Shown piece after piece: positions 59,535-64,000 of a stretch of DNA of 64,000 bases (the first letter of the stretch is position 1; each line of letters starts with the position of its first letter). This stretch comes from Takakia lepidozioides. Taxonomy: Eukaryota; Plantae; Bryophyta. Below the pieces are notes generated by a model, which saw only the letters and a program-made list of their open reading frames with translations, did no database searches and was not told where the DNA came from. A program made the translations under genes and the position numbers. Location of the stretch: positions 61,752,001 to 61,816,000 of the forward strand of contig CM060733.1 in NCBI GenBank assembly GCA_030704615.1, in the 5' to 3' direction.

Positions 59535-60156
59535 GTCCAATGTCTTTGGGATGAAAAACTACATACACCAGTTCTCCAACTTTTGGGGATCAATGGAAAC
59601 CCGCTGTCAGACATGGGAACTATAATCTTGTTCTATATTGGAAACTTGTGTATGGTAATGGAGGACAAGCACTGTGCTTGGGAAGGTTTGATGGAACTTG
59701 GGCTTTCATTGATTTTGGACTGTAGTGCATGTGGCACTCTTGACAACCCAAAATGCAATACCATTGACTATATGAGTTGTCAATCAAGAATGCCAATGTA
59801 CAGTTGTATACATAGTGGAGCAAATTGAGTGAAGTCTTGAACAGTTGCTCAGACTTGCACCTCGACAACTTACAAGTCTCTGGAATCAGATGATCACGAA
59901 TCAACAATTGTATATCATGAATGGTTGTTATATGATCCTGGAGGGCTACCTCCAGACATTATTTGCTCATGGAACAAAAATCCACTATATACAAGCTGAT
60001 GCATGTCCAACAGCACCGCTGTAGGTTGAATTGACCTCACCGCAAATTCACTACCGCAGGAATTGTATGACATAACCTGTGCCGACAACAGACAGGTCCA
60101 CCTTCGCTGAACGAATGTGACATGTACCTGATACAGTTCCTATGGGGAAGACCACG

Positions 60157-60650
60157 GTATGAATGGATAAGCAAAAATAGGAAAGTCTACAGATGACTTG
60201 TCACCTTTGAAATTTGTGAATGAAATATCCCAACCACGGTTCTGTTGTACCCAATGTAAGAAGAATGCGCATCAAACATTTGAATTAGGGTTTAGGGTTT
60301 AGGGTGAGGAAAAGTGTAAATGGAGAAACAATTATGGAATCTGAGTCTTCACATGGACCTACAAAAATTCATGACATAACCTCACCACTTCGATCGTACG
60401 CAAAACTGGAAAAATTAAGTTAAATAAGCATCAACATTGGAATTAGGTGTTAGGGTATAAAGTTTGCTAGGGTACTAAACATACTCAGTATGAATGGACA
60501 AGAAAATATGTGAAAGTCTACAGATGACTTGTCACCTATGAAATTTGTGAATGACATATCCCAACCACTCTATTGTGCCCAATGTAAGAAGAATGCACAT
60601 CAAACATTGGAATTAGGGTTTGCGATATATGGTCTAGGGTGAGGAAAAGT
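60157..60650. repeat. ~160-bp direct repeat pair with telomere-like TTAGGG/TTTAGGG motifs
   Basis: GTATGAATGGA...AAAGTCTACAGATGACTTGTCACC...CATCAAACATT.GAATTAGGGTTT...AGGGTGAGGAAAAGTG at 60157 and 60488. Confidence 0.85.
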
Positions 60651-61759
60651 GGGATATCAAGCAAAACTGAATAAGCTGAATAAAGCAAAAGCTAATTTAT
60701 ACGTTGAAATTAGGTTCTAGGATGCAATAGGGTTTGAGGTAATGAAGTTTAAAGATGAACAAATGTCAAATATGGAAGAGTTGTTAGAACCTACCTTAGT
60801 CAATAAACAATCACAACCATTGTATGGTTCGAGAAAGATCGAAAATAAAATTGAAAGATGTTACCTTGGAATTACTTATTTATTGTTTTTGGGTGTATGG
60901 TTTAGGTGAGCAAATCTATTTGACATGGTCCACAAACAATGAATTTATGCAAGAACCTACAAAAAGTTTGAATGAGAAATATGAACGGTCACTCAGTTGT
61001 TATGTCACGCTAGAATGACAAGATAAATTTAAAGTACCATGAAAAGTAGGTTTCAGTGTGTAGAAGGGTTTTTGATGAGGATTTAAATGGTAGGTGGACA
61101 AACAAGGTACTGACATCAGAAAATGATGACTCGCATGAAACATTTAGATTAATTTTATGAGTATAGTTCATGGTACTATTTGTAACTCGAATAAATGATT
61201 TAGCTATGAATTAGCCCAGAAAGATGGAAGGGTTTAAAGAATCAACCACAAAAAATTCGAGTATGCTATATCCCAACCATTAGACTATTGTAGTTATACC
61301 CCAATTCATCTAGAAACAAATTGGAAAAAAATAAGAAAAAAAATGAATAAACAAAGAACATTGTAGGGCACTCAAAAAATTTCAAAGTATAAATGGAACA
61401 AATATGGAATGGTCTTTAGAACCTAATATGATTGAAATTTTGAATCAATTGTCCGGGCCAACGGTATGGCCTATGACAACATTATATATCAACATATGGC
61501 ACAGTCATTCGAATGTATACATAAGAGTTCATTCCAGACACCTAGAAATAAATGACAGTAGAGTGATTAGAAGATCCTATAAAACAGAATTTTTGTCAAC
61601 AATACAGAGCCTGGGGAGTTGTCCAAACAAGACAAACCTGAGATGACGCGGAACGCCGGGTGGCCAAGCAAGGTTCAGAACTGGAGAAGGAAAGAAAATG
61701 GAGGAGAAGACAATCTCAAAAGGCAATCAAGTAAATGTAGCTCTGAACTTGGACCCAGT

Positions 61760-62950
61760 AGAGAAAGCCGGTGGACAACTTGAGGGAGGAGGTTCACATT
61801 ATTGAAGGTACATTTCAGTCCCTCTCCGCAGAAGTACAATGTATTAAGGAACTTAATCAATGGTTAGTGGTGAAGTAAACCAGAGAATGTGCGAGTATTT
61901 GGAGGAGAAAACAGTTTGGTGAGAACCAAAAAAATAATGGGTGCAGTGAGAGAGAGAATGCACCGAGTGTGAAACGCTCAAAGACCTCATCAAGAAGTCT
62001 GTTAAACGGAGCGCTGAGCACGCCTCTCATAAGAAAGCCCTCGATAAGCATCTTAGGCATTAGGAGTCTTGTAGGAGACTCTATCATAGCTAGAGGAATG
62101 AGTCTGCCATGATGCCCTCCGAGTTCTTCTGCATCATTCATGATAAGATGGATCATAGGAAGACAGCTATTCCAAGGTTGCAGACGACAAACAAGATGGT
62201 CTCCGGCTTAGGTCAGCTTCCAATCTCGCTTACCGACATGGTGATCCATGGTCACAGAGATGAAACTTACGGGCAGTACTCGCTGGACTTTTGGCGGCCT
62301 GGAGATCTAAACTTCACGGTTGGATCTCCGGCAAGATGTCTTCGTCAATTAGAGCTTTGACTACCCACTTCAGAATTCATTTTTCAAAGTTTTCATACAG
62401 GGTAAATCCAAGTGTATGGACGCTCTGAAGCCTTTCGGCGAAAACGAAAAGAAATGGGCAGTTTCACTTCCACGAAGACTCTACCTCCAGATGGACAACT
62501 GTGTGAAATGAGAACCAAAACAGGTGGATGCTTGTTTTTTTGTCGCTCTTAACTGCAAGAGGTGTGTTTGAGAATATTCAGATGGGATTTCTCATGGTGG
62601 GCCACACTCATGATGACATCGATGATAGATCTTTAGTTATCTGTCTAAGAAACTGAAGGAAAACAGCACATACGTTCTGTCCGATCTTATGAGGCATTTT
62701 ATGATCTCTCAAGATATGCAATTCATTCCTCAAATCATTCAAGAGGTTCCTGACTTTAAGGCCTATGTGGACGGTTTCATTCTCGATGGAAAAGAGGCAT
62801 TAGTCGGGCAAACAAAAACACAGTTTTCCATTTCTTTGTAGATCCCGTGGGGTTGGCCTGTCATGCAGTATAAGAAGTCTGCTACAGATTCTGATTGTCT
62901 CCCCAAAAAAAGGCACAGTAAAGATGTGGAACTCGAATCCTAACGGATCT
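61760..62950 (+). mobile_element. Decayed DDE transposase, Sola-like (DUF7869-type)
   Basis: C.ECETLK...CIIHDKMDHRKTAIPR...GHRDE...LYLQMDNCVK...N..MLVFLSLL...FLMVGHTHDDID, with stops and frameshifts. The superfamily call is from recalled motifs. Confidence 0.65.
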
Positions 62951-63098
62951 CCAAAGCTGCATGCTGGAGGGGAATGCTAGAGTGTGAGCCTAGCCACGCG
63001 AGCCCAGAAGCCTGTGAGCCCAAGAGCCTGACGTGAGCCCAGTCCACGTGGCACGAGAATGAGGGAAGATGCAGGGTGTATTTCCGCGTATGAGCACC

Positions 63099-63341
63099 CA
63101 TTACCGCGGAAATACGGCAAACACGACAAATCGGCAAATACAGCAAACCCGGCAAACCCTAATCCTAACCCTTAGCGAACTGCCATGTTCGTGAAGGGAA
63201 ACAGGCTGGGAATTAAGGTGACGTCATTACAGCGGAAACACGGCAAACCGGGGAAACACTGCAAATCGTAACCTCAAACCCTAACCCTAACCCTTAGTGA
63301 ACTGCCATGTTCGCGAAGGGAAACAGGGCTAGGAATTAAGG
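63099..63341. repeat. ~125-bp direct repeat pair with AAACCCTAA motifs
   Basis: CATTAC.GCGGAAA.ACGGCAAAC...AAACCCTAA.CCTAACCCTTAG.GAACTGCCATGTTCG.GAAGGGAAACAGG...GGAATTAAGG occurs twice. Confidence 0.85.
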
Positions 63342-63414
63342 GGGTGTAAGGCCAATGAGAATTCAAAAAAATAAAAATAAAAATAAAATTATTTATTTAT
63401 TTCTCGGCATTTGG

Positions 63415-64000
63415 ATAGATGTCGTCGATGATCATCGTGAAATCAAGATCATGAAGAAATTGAGTGCGTTGACGCACTCAGTTCTCCGCCGGGGGGGGGG
63501 GGACAAAAAAAAAAAAAAAAAACTTTTTTTAATTGTTTTTTTTTTCGGTCCCCCCCCCCCGCAGCGGAGAACTGAGTGCGTCAACGCACTCAATTTCTTC
63601 ATGATCATCGACAACATCGACGACGGTGCTGTGCGGGTCCGGATTTTCACCTTGGGTACCCGGCGGGTTGGGGGGGGGAAAAAACAAAAAACAAAAAAAA
63701 CAAAAAAAAACAAATTTTTTTTTTATTGTTTATTTTTTCGTCCCCCCGGCGGAGAACTAAGTGCATCAACACACTCAATTTCCTCATGATCATGATTTCA
63801 TGATGCTCATCAACGACATCGACGACAGTGTTGTGCGGGTCCGGATTTTCACCCCGGGTACTCGGCGGGTTGGGGAAGGGGGGGGGAGGCGAAAAAAAAA
63901 ACAAAAAATAATAATAATAATAATAAATTTTGTTTTGTTCATCCCCCGCGGAGAATTGAGTGCGTCAACGCACTCAATTTCTTCATGATAATGATTTCAG
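63415..64000. repeat. Inverted plus tandem ~190-200-bp repeat array with an internal palindrome
   Basis: The unit contains CGGAGAACTGAGTGCGTCAACGCACTCAATTTCTTCATGATC. One inverted copy (~63418-63500) faces direct copies at ~63550, ~63741 and ~63945; the array continues past the window. Confidence 0.88.

Noticed and set aside
60285-60305. Telomere or interstitial telomeric array
   Set aside because: Only about three units, embedded in a dispersed direct repeat.
63355-63988. ORFs in the terminal repeat array
   Set aside because: Homopolymer-derived K/F/G/P runs; non-coding.
63415-64000. CRISPR-like array
   Set aside because: Eukaryotic context, the spacers are themselves repeated, and there are no cas genes.

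Overview
Eukaryotic nuclear DNA, most likely from a non-seed land plant (inferred from GT-AG introns, PLS-class PPR genes and a chromovirus-type Ty3/Gypsy remnant). Host genes: (1) a PLS-class PPR gene running off the left edge (-); (2) a 14-exon FtsHi2-type inactive chloroplast FtsH AAA protease gene (+, 3344-14634); (3) a 3-exon nodulin-like/NFD4-type MFS transporter (+, 23711-26494); (4) a PLS-E1-E2-DYW RNA-editing PPR (+, ending 51392); (5) an mTERF4/BSM-like gene (-, 53618-55357) whose first ~115 codons derive from the N-terminus of the neighbouring PPR family and whose upstream flank is an antisense copy of the FtsHi2 last exon/3'UTR; (6) a 20-motif PLS-E PPR with a decayed DYW junction (+, 57090-59534). 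Repeats between them: six copies of an APE-RT LINE with no poly(A) tail and almost no 3'UTR (one full-length with a 15-bp TSD), a Dualen/RandI-like RNaseH+RLE LINE with a conserved structured 3' RNA element (two copies), tRNA-derived SINEs, a TTAA-flanked piggyBac-like non-autonomous element, an L1/Gypsy/hAT/CACTA nest, PPR relics and a Sola-like transposase relic with palindromic repeats. Most notable: the PPR-leader::mTERF4 chimera inside an organelle RNA-processing gene cluster, and the Dualen-like element with its structured 3' end. Family assignments come from recalled motifs; no database search was run.
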